A DNA stretch of 64,000 nt, taken from assembly GCA_001949185.1 (NCBI GenBank), contig BDGG01000003.1, positions 252,679 through 316,678 of the forward strand. Direction: 5' to 3'. Made by a program: the position numbers and the translations under genes. How positions within the stretch are numbered: the first letter of the stretch is position 1; each line of letters starts with the position of its first letter. The notes under the pieces are model-generated. The model did not search any database and was not told the DNA's origin. It worked only from the letters and a program-made list of their open reading frames with translations. Shown here one piece after another: positions 13,786 to 25,908 of this stretch. Source of the DNA: Ramazzottius varieornatus (Eukaryota; Animalia; Tardigrada).

Positions 13786-16700
13786 CTAAACATGTCGTTT
13801 ACAATTTATCGAAGTTTTTTCCTGCCCTTTTTCGGCCTTTGAGTTTGCGGCAAGATCCAACAGTTTCAGTCGTTCCACCGCCATTTCGGTCAGCTTGAAC
13901 TTCTGGATCTTCCCGGTAACCGTCATCGGAATATCGTTCTGGTTTGTGTAGAAGATGAAGTACTTCGGAGTTTTGTACTTGGCCAACTGCAGTTACAGAA
14001 TTCCGTTCCGCTGACAGGTATAATATAATAAGCTTGGCCGAAAAAAGACATACCTTGGTCTGAAGGAAGGTCTTGAGTTCGTCTTGGACGCCTTTATAGT
14101 TATCGAGCTCAGCGACCTTGGACGCTTTCTTCTTCAGCCGCACCCAGGCACAAATCTCTTCACCCATACGCTCGTCAGGCACTCCGCAAACAGCCACATT
14201 GTCCACGTGTAGATGCTCCAACAATCTATTTTCGATTTCTGTTGGGTAAACATTCTCTCCGCCGCGAATAATCATGTCCTTCAGACGTCCGACGATCTTC
14301 AGGTACCCTCTCTCGTCAAAGACTCCAAGATCCCTAAAACCACACACTTCCTTTTCAAAAATTCCAGTTATTGTTTTCCAAGTGACTCGTGATTCTGGAG
14401 GGTCCATAGGAACGAAGGAGTATCATTCCAAGTGTTTGTCAACGAACCCAGACATCAGCCATCGATCGGATCGGATAGTCTCCTTGGTCTTCGCTTCGTC
14501 GTCCCAGTATCCCAGCATTGTGCCAAAGTTGCGGGTCCACAGCTCGCCCTTTTCACCAATGGGTACTATCCTGCCTTCAGAGTCAACAATCTTTGCCTGC
14601 AATAAAGTCCACAATGCGGTCGCCGACACTTCCCATCTATCAAGCGGTCTTTTACTGCATTGCTCGACGAAAGTCGGCGAGCAAGTCAGAACTACCCGTG
14701 TTTCGAATGCTTTTACCTCGGTGTGCGCGAGCGGGTAGCCCGTCGTTGTAGTGAAAACATCGGGCGGGTCCCCTCGGAACCCAATAAATGTGGCCAAGCT
14801 TTGCTCCGTCGATCCGTACCCGCACTGCAAACCAACAGTGGTGAAATTAACCGTAGAACATCCGCGAAATATGTACACGCACGACAGGAAATTATGGGCC
14901 CACAAAAATTGTACACCAGGCCTTTTCGCTACGGCGATACGGAAGAACATACATAGCTGACTGATTCACAGCAATGCTCTTTCCGACACTTTTCTACGTT
15001 TTGATGTCCATTTTGCCTTCTTTTCCGCCTGGGTCATAATTTGTACTGGCCCACAATTTTTCGTCGTGCGTGTACAGCTCATTCCAAATGACAAAGAGTA
15101 ACTCATATTATCCAAAGTGCAGCTGACTAAACCCCGACAATGGTGACTGGTTGGATACTTTCTAAATATTTGAAACTCCGACAGTCCGAAGTGGATTTAA
15201 CGTACAGCAAAGGTGGTTAGTCCAAGCTTTTCACTTGTGTCTTTCACCAGCTCCGGCGGACATGGCGAACCCCCCATTACTCCAAACTTCAGCGAAGACA
15301 GATCGTAATTGTTGAAACTTGGATGTTGTAGGACATCGGAGAACATCGTTGGCACGCCTGAAAGAAAACAGCATGCCGCATCCACGAAAAGCTTTTTTTT
15401 AGGTTAAAACGGTCACGTACCATTAAAGCACTCGGGTTTCTCGTCTTGGATAGCCCGCAAGACCGCTTCCGCATCGAACTTTTCCGAAGGCAGAACCAAC
15501 TTCGCTCCAAAAATTGTACACACGAGCAGGTTCCCCACACAGGCGAAGATGTGATAGAGCGGTAACGGGCAGACTACCGACGACATTAGCGTGCCAGCAC
15601 CCAGACGGAGGCCCGAGAAGTAGGCGCAGTTAATCATGCCGTAATATGACAAGGTGGCGCCTTTCGGTGAGCCAGTGGTACCTGAGGTGAATTGTATGTT
15701 GAAGGGATCGTCGGGCCGCGATAACGATGCGATCTTCTCGAGCTTGATGTCGTTTTCGGGCCTTCTCATGTCGACAACTTCAGCGAGAGAGTAAGTGCCG
15801 GGAAAGTTTTCAGGGTTTTTGGTTAGCATCACGATGTGTTTTAAATGTGGAAGTCTACACGTAGGAAGAAAGCAACATTCATCCAGCAAAGGGTTATCTT
15901 GTTTTAGTAACAAATGCCTCTGGATTACATGAGCAGATTTCGAAAAGACTTAAGTCCCAAATTACAGATAATTAAGTAGAACTTTCAAGTCTTGTGTTCA
16001 ACCATTGGTTTTAGTTTTGCGCTGTTTTGCGTCCACGATTCAAACTTACCGTTTACTGAAAATGTTTCTGGTTTGTCGTTTATCACCAAGTTCAGGTATC
16101 AGTTCCTGGAAGTGCTCGTAGTACTTCAGAGTAGCGACCCCTTCGGCAGCAACGATAGCCTTCATTTGGACTTTGTTCAGGCAGTATTCCAGCTCGTGGA
16201 CCTTGTACGCGGGGTTGACGTTCACCAGTATCAGGCCAGCCTTTGAAGCGGCGAACATTGTCACTATCCATTCATAGGAGTTTGGTCCCCATATACCTGC
16301 AAGAAAAACCGTCAGTCAGAGCTCATCCGGTGGGCAAAATCCATGCAAGGTACGAACAAGGATGTACGAGGTGGTCAATCAACAACAAATATCAATCAAG
16401 AATGCACGAAGTACCACATGGACACAATCAGCAATTTCACGTCAATCAACCGCCGCTAAGCGTGCAAGGCGCATTTCACTGAACAGGGGAGGCGTGGTTT
16501 GAACGTGCACGCCTGCTTACCCAGCCTATCACCAGGCAGCAGGCCCAGGTTGAGGAGACCATTGGCCATCTCTTCTGCATCTTTCTTGAGATCAGCAAAC
16601 GTTTTGCGAATTCCTTGGTAGGAAACAACATATCCAACTCGATCTCCAATAGTTTCTGCTTGGTGGTCGATGAGCCTCGACAGGGTTGTGGTGAGGTAGG

Positions 16701-17323
16701 GAATATTACTCGGAACATGGATGTAGCTGTCTTCTAACTTCCTTTCCGGTCTAGTTTCATACTTATCAGGAATATAAATGTGCAGCGATCTAGAATTAAT
16801 TATAAGACCAAACGTTAGATGCAAGGTAGAATCTCTCTGCCAAAAATTACCTTTCCCAAGTGCGAAGAAAATTGCCATCAGTTCGCAAAAATTCGACTGA
16901 ATATTTAGAGCTTCGGGATGCGGTCCGGATAGCAGTAGAGATCAATCTATCCATGTTGAGAGTACTCGCGTATTAAATTAAAGATGGGAAAAATCCGTCC
17001 TCGATCTTATTGTCTTACTGATCAGAGCAGCAGAAAGGTAACTGAAACCGTGGCGGCACACGAATGTTTGGGCTGCTCGTGGCCCGTCTACTCGAATTAC
17101 GATGATTTATCTTTGCGTACGCATGTCTTTTCTTCTGATTGTTGGTTTCTCGTCGTGACTGACCGATCAGACTTTGGTTTAGGTGCACTTCGCCTGGAGG
17201 TGTACACTGTACTCTGCAGGCTTGTCGGCAGTCTGAAGTCCGAAACTGATAATAAAATGCTGCATGATTACCCGAAGTCTGCTGACTGCCGTACAAAAAC
17301 TGCGAAGTACGCACATGCCACAT
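13786..17323 (-). CDS. ACSF2: Medium-chain acyl-CoA ligase, ACSF2-like (AMP-binding enzyme), multi-exon
   Basis: [15 protein letters not shown]-loop, [67 protein letters not shown]. 5' end is uncertain. Confidence 0.88.
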
Positions 17324-18841
17324 GCACTGTACGAGCGACTTAAGTCATCAGGTGGGGAAGTACAGTATGACTTGTCGGCTGCCATCGGACACGAACTTCA
17401 AAAATCGTTCTCTCCCGTTTGGTTTTGGTCTTTTCTCTCAAACTTTTCGCAAACTTCTGCAATTTCAATCAGTTTTAAGATTACTCCGGGGCATCCAGTT
17501 CACTGATGGTTCTCGCGAGTTCAGAGGTCGGTTGAGGAAAAGGGAATTTATGTGTCGAAATCCCGACCCTTTCGATGAATTCATTTGCCCGAGCGCCCAA
17601 ATCCCTCAAAAAATGCTTTGATGCTTCCGGGCTATAGCCCATTGAGTGCGCTTTGGAAAGCAGTACCGGATTTTCTTGAGCAGTGTTCGCTGCTAAAGTT
17701 TTCCCTGCAGAGGCCCAGGAAAAAATCCAAACATTGATTCGTGTTTTCTGAGAATAAAGAGTCTAACTCCAAATTCTCTTTGAGTGAAGGTACGGCACAG
17801 TCTGACGTCTCCACTGAGCGGCATACCGAAACGTTTTGTGAAGTCCTTCAGATAGGAAAATCTAGATTCTCCACCTCACCAAAGTGGCGCATTTTGAAGC
17901 TTGTTTTGGCATCCCCCCCCCCCCCCGAAAAACAAAACTTTCCGTTTTCACAATTCCAGAAGTTTCACTGTCATAGCTTCTGCGTCCCATTATATAACCC
18001 TGATTTTTTTCTGCAGAATAATATGGCTCGCACTCATGTCGTTTGATCCGGTTCTGGAAGAAAAGATTTTGGAAAAATGGGCGAAAATGCCTCCTCATGG
18101 GAGTTTGAAATCAGGTTTTTCTCCCGGTTGTAATGCACGGACCTCAGTTTGCTGTGAAAGAACATTGAGTGACTGTTAATGAGATAAGGGATGCCGGGGA
18201 ACGGAAGAACCAAGAGCCAAGCTTGCGAAAAAAAATTGAAAATGTTCTGGAAGACCGACAAGTCATACGGTCTCACCTGATACTTTGAAACAGCAATTAC
18301 ATTAGATAGTGCTCCGCACACCACCGAAAACCACCATTGCCTTCCCCAAGACATTTTATCCCTAGCGGATTTTCCAAGTACACTGTACTAGACGAGTAGG
18401 AACTTATCTAGAAAGTCTTCTGAAATTCCCACACACTTCTGCGCCAATTTACTAGAGAGCTGCTGGCCACGAACTCCGATCTGGTGAGATCAAAGTTTCG
18501 TGAGATGAGGTTCTGGGTCGGTGGGTCCTGCTGAACCGAATTCGAAGTTACCGAACCCGCGGTCGGGTGGCGCACTGCACCAGGTTGTTGCTTGTCCAGA
18601 ATACGTGATGACAATCCAGATTTTGACTGTAGGGGCTGACGGTTTGGTGGGTGGGTGGTAGGGTTCAAACCCCCATTTCCCTTCGAATTTCGAAATTGAC
18701 AAAAAACGGAATAAAATTCTTCTTCTGTGAATTTTTCAGCTGTACTAAGATTCTTTCTCTTAAAGCTGTTGTACTTGCATCTGAGGCTAGCCTTGAAGTT
18801 TCTAGATCCCTAGAGTCTCGACCTCTATCGACGCGAGGAAG

Positions 18842-20151
18842 ATGAATCGGTTATTTGGATCAGGGAAGCCAAAAGCCCCTGCGCCTAACCTGACTGATGT
18901 CATCAAAACGGTGATGTTCTCCCTTGTCAAACACGAGTAATGGCTGTCCAGATTTTTAATTTTGTGGATTTAGGTTGATGAGAGAGGAGAGTCCGTCGAG
19001 AAGAAGATAGCCAAGCTTGATGTCGAGCTCAGCAAGTACAAAGATCAACTGAAGAAGATGCGCGATGGCCCAGCCAAGGTTAGTGTCGCTATGATCAACT
19101 CGCGCACTGAGTCATTTTTCACATCGTTGCCATTGTGGTATGCTCGCTTGTTGTGCGTGAGTTGACCTGGGAGATATGGTGACCGACAGAGGATGATCCC
19201 AGTTGATTTCGGAGCGTCCTCCTTCGTACTTTTGTGTAATCTCGACCTTATTTTGGTCTTTCGCTTTATAGAACAGTGTAAAGCAGAAGGCCATGAGACT
19301 GCTGAAGCAGAAGAAGATGTACGAAACGCAGCGTGATAACCTCGGCCAACAGAGTTTCAACATGGAGCAAGCCAACTTCTCCATCCAGACGCTGAAGGAT
19401 ACCAAGACGACGCTGGATGCCATGAAAGGAGGTGTAAAAGAGATGAAGAAGGCATATAAACACGTCAACATTAACGACATCGAGGTAAGAGTCCGAAGCC
19501 AGATCAACCAGCACTCCTTTAGCGTGTTGGCGTGTCAAAGTACACGTGTAGTCGATTCGCGCGCGACGTCCTGACACAACACACATTCCCTGCTTACTAC
19601 AGTACGTTACACCATGCGCTTATGAACATGGGAGAAACGGCCACAATGTGATAGAATACTTTGCACCGACCTGCATACTCGTGTCCTACGAGCTTTTCAT
19701 GTGCTTCGAGTATGCAGGTGGGCCAACGGCGTAACTTCCTTGTTGCCGTCTTTTCATTTCGGAGGTTTTTTTTATTTTCTGTATTTTTTTTCTCCGTAGG
19801 ATGTTCAAGACGAAATGGCCGACTACCTCGAACAAGCCGATGAAGTTCAGCAGGCCTTGTCGACATCTTACGGGATGCCTGAGATCGATGAGGATGACTT
19901 GGAAGCAGGTACGAAGCCAATAGACATCCATCAGGTAAAATTTAACGGTCTTTTGTTTTAAATCTGCTTTCCGTGCAGAACTAGCAGCTTTGGGAGATGA
20001 CATCGCCTTGGACGAAGACGCCAGTTATCTGGATCAAGCTGCCGAAGCAGCGCCTTCCGTGCCCACGCGGGAGCCTGGCGCTGAGAGCATCAGGACGGGA
20101 CCCAATGGCGTCCAAGTGGATGAGTTTGGTCTGCCACAAATCACCAGATAA
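18842..20151 (+). CDS. CHMP5: Charged multivesicular body protein 5 (ESCRT-III, Snf7 family), 5 exons
   Basis: [19 protein letters not shown]; [34 protein letters not shown]; C-terminal [12 protein letters not shown]. Exons approximately 18842-18910, 18975-19078, 19272-19484, 19800-19908, 19979-20151. Confidence 0.95.
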
Positions 20152-21064
20152 CTGTTTCCGGTTCTGAGATTTTTTTTTCCACTTTGACGATGTATGTATG
20201 ATGTAGCTACATTTCGCTCCCGTGTCAAACTTCAAGATTCATTTTAGCCATGATTTTTTTTACGAAATATGCGATGTTCTTGCGTCACAACATCAGATTT
20301 TGGGCTGTCTTTTATCCTTATCCACAATTTGGATTTATGTAGACGAGGTGATGCTCTTTTGGTTCGGTTTTCCATACGTTGTACGATGTGGTCATATCTT
20401 ACGGAAGCCTGGTCGTCTTCTAGTCAAATTTGCATAAATTTACTTGGTGTCGATGCAGTTCCCCGTAACTCTAACGGAACTTGTTGTTCGGCCGGAAAGA
20501 TACAGTTCTATCGTCAGATGTGAAGACTGAAATGCAGCGAAATGTACCTAGCTTCTGCTTCCAGTAGCACAGGACTTATGAGGTCCGAACCAGAAAGTAA
20601 GTCTAGAGAGATGGCCATGGGTCAAACAGTTGGTGGTGGGCCATAGCGGCAATTTACGTAACTTGCAAAATTTTTTCTTCGACTTAAATTCTTCGCGTTT
20701 TTGAGCGTTTTATCGATTTCTTAGGCTACAACAGCGCTTTGAGATTTTCGGTGTCCCCAGACGGAATGGCCACGAGGGTAAACAAGTTGCTCAGGAGGGA
20801 TTAAGGAACTGAGTTAGCTCTCTCCAAGTTCGAACCTCGGACACTGCAGCGAGTTCGAGCGACATATGCTGGCAAGAATTCCATTCTGTGCTGGCGAACC
20901 CGTTCCAGCTTTGTCCTTCTTGAGTTGCTCGATGCCTTCTGTGATCTTGTCACGGTCTGTAAGAATCCAGCTTGGCTAGTGCGGTGATGGCTGGTATTCC
21001 GATGGTTTCCTGCGGACGGTCGAACTCGCACTTCGTCGGAATTTAGAAGTTGATCGAGTTGGTC

Positions 21065-21968
21065 ATGTCTACAAGGTACGGAAGGTTGCTTGATTTATTG
21101 ATTTGCAGTTTGCTGTGTGGTACCCTGCTTTTACTTCCGGTGGCCATTCCTTGTCCTGTTTCGAGCTATCTTTGGGACTTTCCTTCGTTGTAGGTCGGAT
21201 TCGCGAGCCAAAACCAGCACTACTGCCAAACGCAAACGTGTGGTGGAAGAAGACAAGTGGGACTGTGTCCACTGCACCTTCAAGAATGCATCGAAGAACG
21301 GGAAATGTGCAATGTGTGATATTCCCCGTGGGACTGCTACCAGGTATGCGCCAGACACCCCTGGTAGCTGTGAAGCCTCAATTTGTCTGGGTGGCAACAG
21401 CTCGTTTCCTTACCTTCTATTTTTCTGGCACGGCCTTGACTGATACTGCATAACACGGCACAGCCTTGACTTGTTGTTTGCTTCACTTCCTCCTCTCTTT
21501 TCGAGGCGTCCTGGTGGGACCAATCCTCAGATCCAGGCTCAACAAGAACTCGAAGAGATGTTGGCCAAAGATCGAGCCAAACAACGTCGGACCCAAGCCA
21601 AGCAGACCTCCACAACCGACCTAAACACGGAGGTGAACTCGACCTTCAGTTCCAACGACTCTGTCAAGTCTCCCCTGTCTCCTGAAGCGCCTTCAACTTC
21701 CTCTACCCTAGAAGCTGGTTCTTCGTCCTCTGTCCACAGTGAAAGACTCATTCTCCCGCAGTCTTCACGAGGTCGATCAAGGAAGGCAGCGAAGACGTCG
21801 ATCTCCCCCGTGAATGATGAAACGGAAGACGGGAACGCCACTGTGAGGAGCGCGGTTTACTCCATCGTTCATGATGGTGTAGCGTTAGAGTTTGAGGAGA
21901 TTATTCCGTCGGACGCCAGCGATGCTGGCTCGTATGGATCTGACGATTCTAATTCCGACCTCTCGTGA
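21065..21968 (+). CDS. RYBP/YAF2-family protein (RanBP2-type zinc finger; PRC1-associated)
   Basis: WDCVHCTFKNASKNGKCAMCDIPRGTATR|RP zinc finger followed by NPQIQAQQ. C-terminal VYSIVHDGVALEFEEI resembles the YAF2/RYBP C-terminal motif. First micro-exon ATGTCTACAAG|gt at 21065. Confidence 0.82.
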
Positions 21969-22734
21969 AAATTTCTTTTTGTTGTTTGTTACTGCTTCTT
22001 TATGGCGAAACTGTGCGTACGATTACTTCTCTCTGTTGTTTTACCTCGACACCTCAGAGAACGTCATGTTTTAGGATTTCACCTCAAATATAAGTGCATT
22101 TTTCGCTGTTATGACGATGTGTTGGTACTTGACAAGTTCCCCACTATTTTTGACCGTCATGTTAAATTCCGTGATCTGCCGTCCTTTTTCTACGGGCTTT
22201 GCATGACCCGGAACCAGAATGAAAGAACGGGAAAAAGTACTTCGTGGTACTGCGTCGAGTTAAAGTCGTGTCAGACAAACTACTTACCGCAGGTACCAGT
22301 TACCAGGGGCGATAATTATTCGTGAATAAGTTCATGTACTTGAATCAAGAAACGAAAACACACCTCATATTGAAGAAAAATAGCGTCGACGGTTGCTGGA
22401 TGGCATCAGGGCAGGGTAGGTCACTGATTTGTTTCTAACATTCACGGTCGTCTTGGAATCCTGGTTTGTTCCGTAGTTGTTCCGTGGATGGTTTCGACAG
22501 TGCGGATGGTAACTACTTCCGTGGGTTCTGCGGCAGTAGCTCTCGTGGACCGTGCGGAACCTCTTTATGCACCATCTTCCACGGTTTCAGCGGAGCCTTC
22601 CGGCAGCTTCCTCTTTCGGTGAAGACTGACACACAAGGCAGTTCCCGTCTGTCTTTTGATCACGGTCTCCACTGGGTTCTCCGCCTTCAGCAAGGTTGAT
22701 GGTGTCGTTCGCCTGCTCTCTAATGTCATGGCCT

Positions 22735-23010
22735 TCCACCGTTAGGTGGAAGCAACCCAATCGATCGCCGTTTAACTTAATGAGTCGGCGCCACACTGAA
22801 GTACCACAGTGATCGCGATGATCGTGATTCTTCGCGTGATGAAGTCCATCTGCCCAACTAATGGCGATGTCCGTCTCCTTCTTGTTTAACTTGATGGCCG
22901 CCTCGATGGAGCCGGTGGTGTACGGTTGGCAGAGCTCGTAAATGCCATCGAAGACGGGACCATCCTCCTTGCCAACGTTGAACCTGCTAACGTGAAGCTC
23001 GTGCATCCTG
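22735..23010 (-). pseudogene. Degenerate, internally deleted class I histone deacetylase (HDAC1/2) fragment
   Basis: RFNVGKEDGPVFDGIYELCQPYTTGSIEAAIKLNKKETDIAISWADGLHHAK is joined after a short gap to GDRLGCFHLTVEGH. The intervening zinc-binding segment and both termini are absent, and conserved residues are mutated (EDCP->EDGP, WAGG->WADG). Confidence 0.85.
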
Positions 23011-23725
23011 TCAAACTCTGTCCCGCTATGGTAACAAAGGAAACTCCTTAGTACGGTTTCAGAAAGTTGAGACACCGTAACAAACCCGGGTTACACGACA
23101 TAAAGATTGTGTATCATTGGGACCAGTAAACCGAAACCGCAATATTCTTTGCGTGAAGAAATGTGCTTAACCACGAATATTCGGGAAACGAGGAAGGTCG
23201 GCTGCTGCGGAAGGTAGCCCGAAACATCGCACGCATGTGCTGTAGTGAACGGCAATGCTGTTATTATGTAGTCGTCTACACCGTGGTAAGTCAGTATTCC
23301 TTTGGATCTCGTGGATGCATTGTGTGAACATCTGATTCGAAGTAAACACGAAATATCGACAAAGGATACGGGCATGGCGATTTTCGCACCATAATTCGGG
23401 CGTATTTCTTCTCAGCTTCTGTTGCACGTAAGCACGTGCTTCTTGTTTCATGAGGTGCATCAGTCTCTTTTCTCAATGTTTGAACAGGCTCGGGAACGAT
23501 AAAATGTTGTAGGTCAATGAAATCTGTCGTGGGGGACACATGTGTCTCTCCAATGTCAAAACGGCGTACGATGAGAAATCAATCAAGCGTTGATAACCAA
23601 ACTTAAACTTTCCGCATAGCCCGAACTATGATGCAAAAATTGCTCTGCCCGAAATATATCCTGCACCTCGTATTTCTTCTTTCTGGCACGAACAGTTATA
23701 TGCTATTTCGGGGATTCTACGGAGC

Positions 23726-24466
23726 GTGGACCGGTTCTTGAACTACGCTGGTCCAACACCACCTCCTGCAGAAGCGCCACCTCGTAATGCCGAACTTGCC
23801 ATGGATGTCTTCGGCACGACACCTGCTTCATTTCCGCAGCTCGTCTGTATGCTGTCCATTGTCCAGTACCGCGAGCACGTCATGAGCGGTCCCGTCCGCC
23901 TCACTGTCCACATTCCTCCGCACGTGATTGTACCACCGCCACCTATTCCAAAACCTCCACCTAACGCCTTCGCTCCTCAGCAGCTTCAAGCAGTCCCTTC
24001 CGCACCAACTCCCCCAAGACCTCCACCTCCACAGCCCCTTTCCCAACCACCTCAACAGCAACCACCGCCACCACAGACACCAACTCTCTCCCCGCTACCG
24101 ACACCGCCCCCTCAACAAGGACAACAGCTTCAGCCATACCCACCACCTCCATCTCAGCTACCTGTCATGTATCAACAACAACAACACCAGGTTTAGCCGG
24201 TCCAGTATCAGTACTACCAGCAGCCTCAAGTGATTTACCAGCCGATGATGCAGCAACAGCCGATGCTCATCATGGACCCGGGTTATGCCCAGCCGATGAC
24301 GTGATGGGGTGGTATGGGAAGAGGTTTCGGATGGAATCGAGGCTTTGGCGGGAATTACGGTGGAGGAGGGTTTGGAGGAAATGGCTTCGGCTTCGGATAC
24401 GGGACAGGTGGGTGGGGTCATGGTGTCATGTTTGGTCGTCATCATCATCACCATCACATCTTCTGA
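23726..24466 (+). pseudogene. Low-complexity Pro/Gln-rich, Gly/aromatic-rich, His-tailed ORF interrupted by two in-frame stops
   Basis: One reading frame continues through TAG (24194) and TGA (24302) with coherent composition, ending ...FGRHHHHHHIF* at 24466. Confidence 0.55.
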
Positions 24467-25908
24467 ACACTTGCGATCGTACTTCTATTCTTCGGTGTTT
24501 CCATGATATTCTTCGGCCTTCTGGAGAAAATTTATTTGTTTGTCCCGCCTTGCTCTCAAATATTTTTCAATCCGAATATTTTCAAGCTTTCCGAAGTGCT
24601 TTGTGCACGTGTTGTTTTTATGTTTTGGGTAGCTTGCTAAACTGCGTGCTTGAGCAACTCCGCAGTAGAGCCGTGCGGACGGTTACCGCGCCGTCAGAAA
24701 TGGCGGCAGAGGTCTCCCTGATAAGTCAACGTGGTGATGTGGTTCGTCAACATGCCAGCTCGTCCCGCTTCAACACGGTCGCCACGAAGGCGCTTGGCTT
24801 TGTTACTATCAGCAGGGTGTTGTTTACGGGAGTCAACTTCTTCACTCGAGCCCCAAAAAACGGTGAGCAATCAAATTAACATCTCCGATCTCTCCGAAAT
24901 GGCCAGCGCCTCCGACGTACCGATCTACGTACCATAAGATCCAGTTTTTTAAGTCCAGATGTTACCGTACCAAAGCAGGCATCGGGATGTTCTGTCTGGA
25001 TCAAGAATAGGAACTCAACAAAGAGAGGGTTGTCCATGGGACGGACAAGTCCAGGTATATTGCACTTGACGCTCCCGTTGGTATCACAATGGTGTATTCC
25101 TTGTGGAAAGCGTTTACCCTACTCCTTCCTGCACCGGTACATCAACAAAGTTCCGGCCACCGGTGCCCTGACGGATCAGGGGTTACAGCACTGTTGAACG
25201 TCGTGGATTAAAGGCATGCGAATTCGACGTGCAGCCAAGAAAGGAACGCTCATCCAAGACGCATCTGTTGTTCAAGCGTACCCCCTCAGAAAGTATTGTC
25301 ACTCGCACAGACCACTACAGACCATACAGTACGAAATCCTGAGCATTCTAGTGATTCTTCTATGCCTGTTGGAGTTGCAAGACTTGAACAAACGACCAGG
25401 AAGAACGTGGGAAAGAATCACGATAACTCTATGCTTCTTATCCGCCCTTTCGAAGCATACACTCTGCTTTGTTGAAAGGCTAAAACCTCTCGACTGTTCA
25501 GCCTGTCTTTTCCGAGTTGTTCCACGTAAACTACAATATTCTTTCTGTTTCATCACCATTCATGTCAGATTTGTTTGACGGACGGTAAAAATTGCACATC
25601 TTATCGTAAATTCTCGCTATACGTCAGCCATCACATCAGCGTCGCTGTCACGACAGCGAAGGAAAAAGTCTAAAACAGAATCGACCAAAAGCCCTAGCCC
25701 TCAAACCAAAACCCCAAAAACGCAGAGCGTCTACGCAAAGCACGAATACAGCAAAGACAGAAATCCCTCAAATCAATACCAGACAATAACGGCTCCTCCT
25801 TCTAAACCGACAACTTCTCTTCCGTTACCAACAAGATTCAATCAAACGAGCATCTTAACCAGCACTACAACCAAGACTCAACCAGCTTCACAGCAGAACT
25901 GTCTTTTC

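Noticed and set aside
17340-18830. AT-tract-rich spacer with a poly-C run between ACSF2 and CHMP5, possible non-autonomous transposon
   Set aside because: No terminal inverted repeats or target-site duplication could be identified. Lone half-sites at ~17882 and ~18567 lack a partner at 25 nt.
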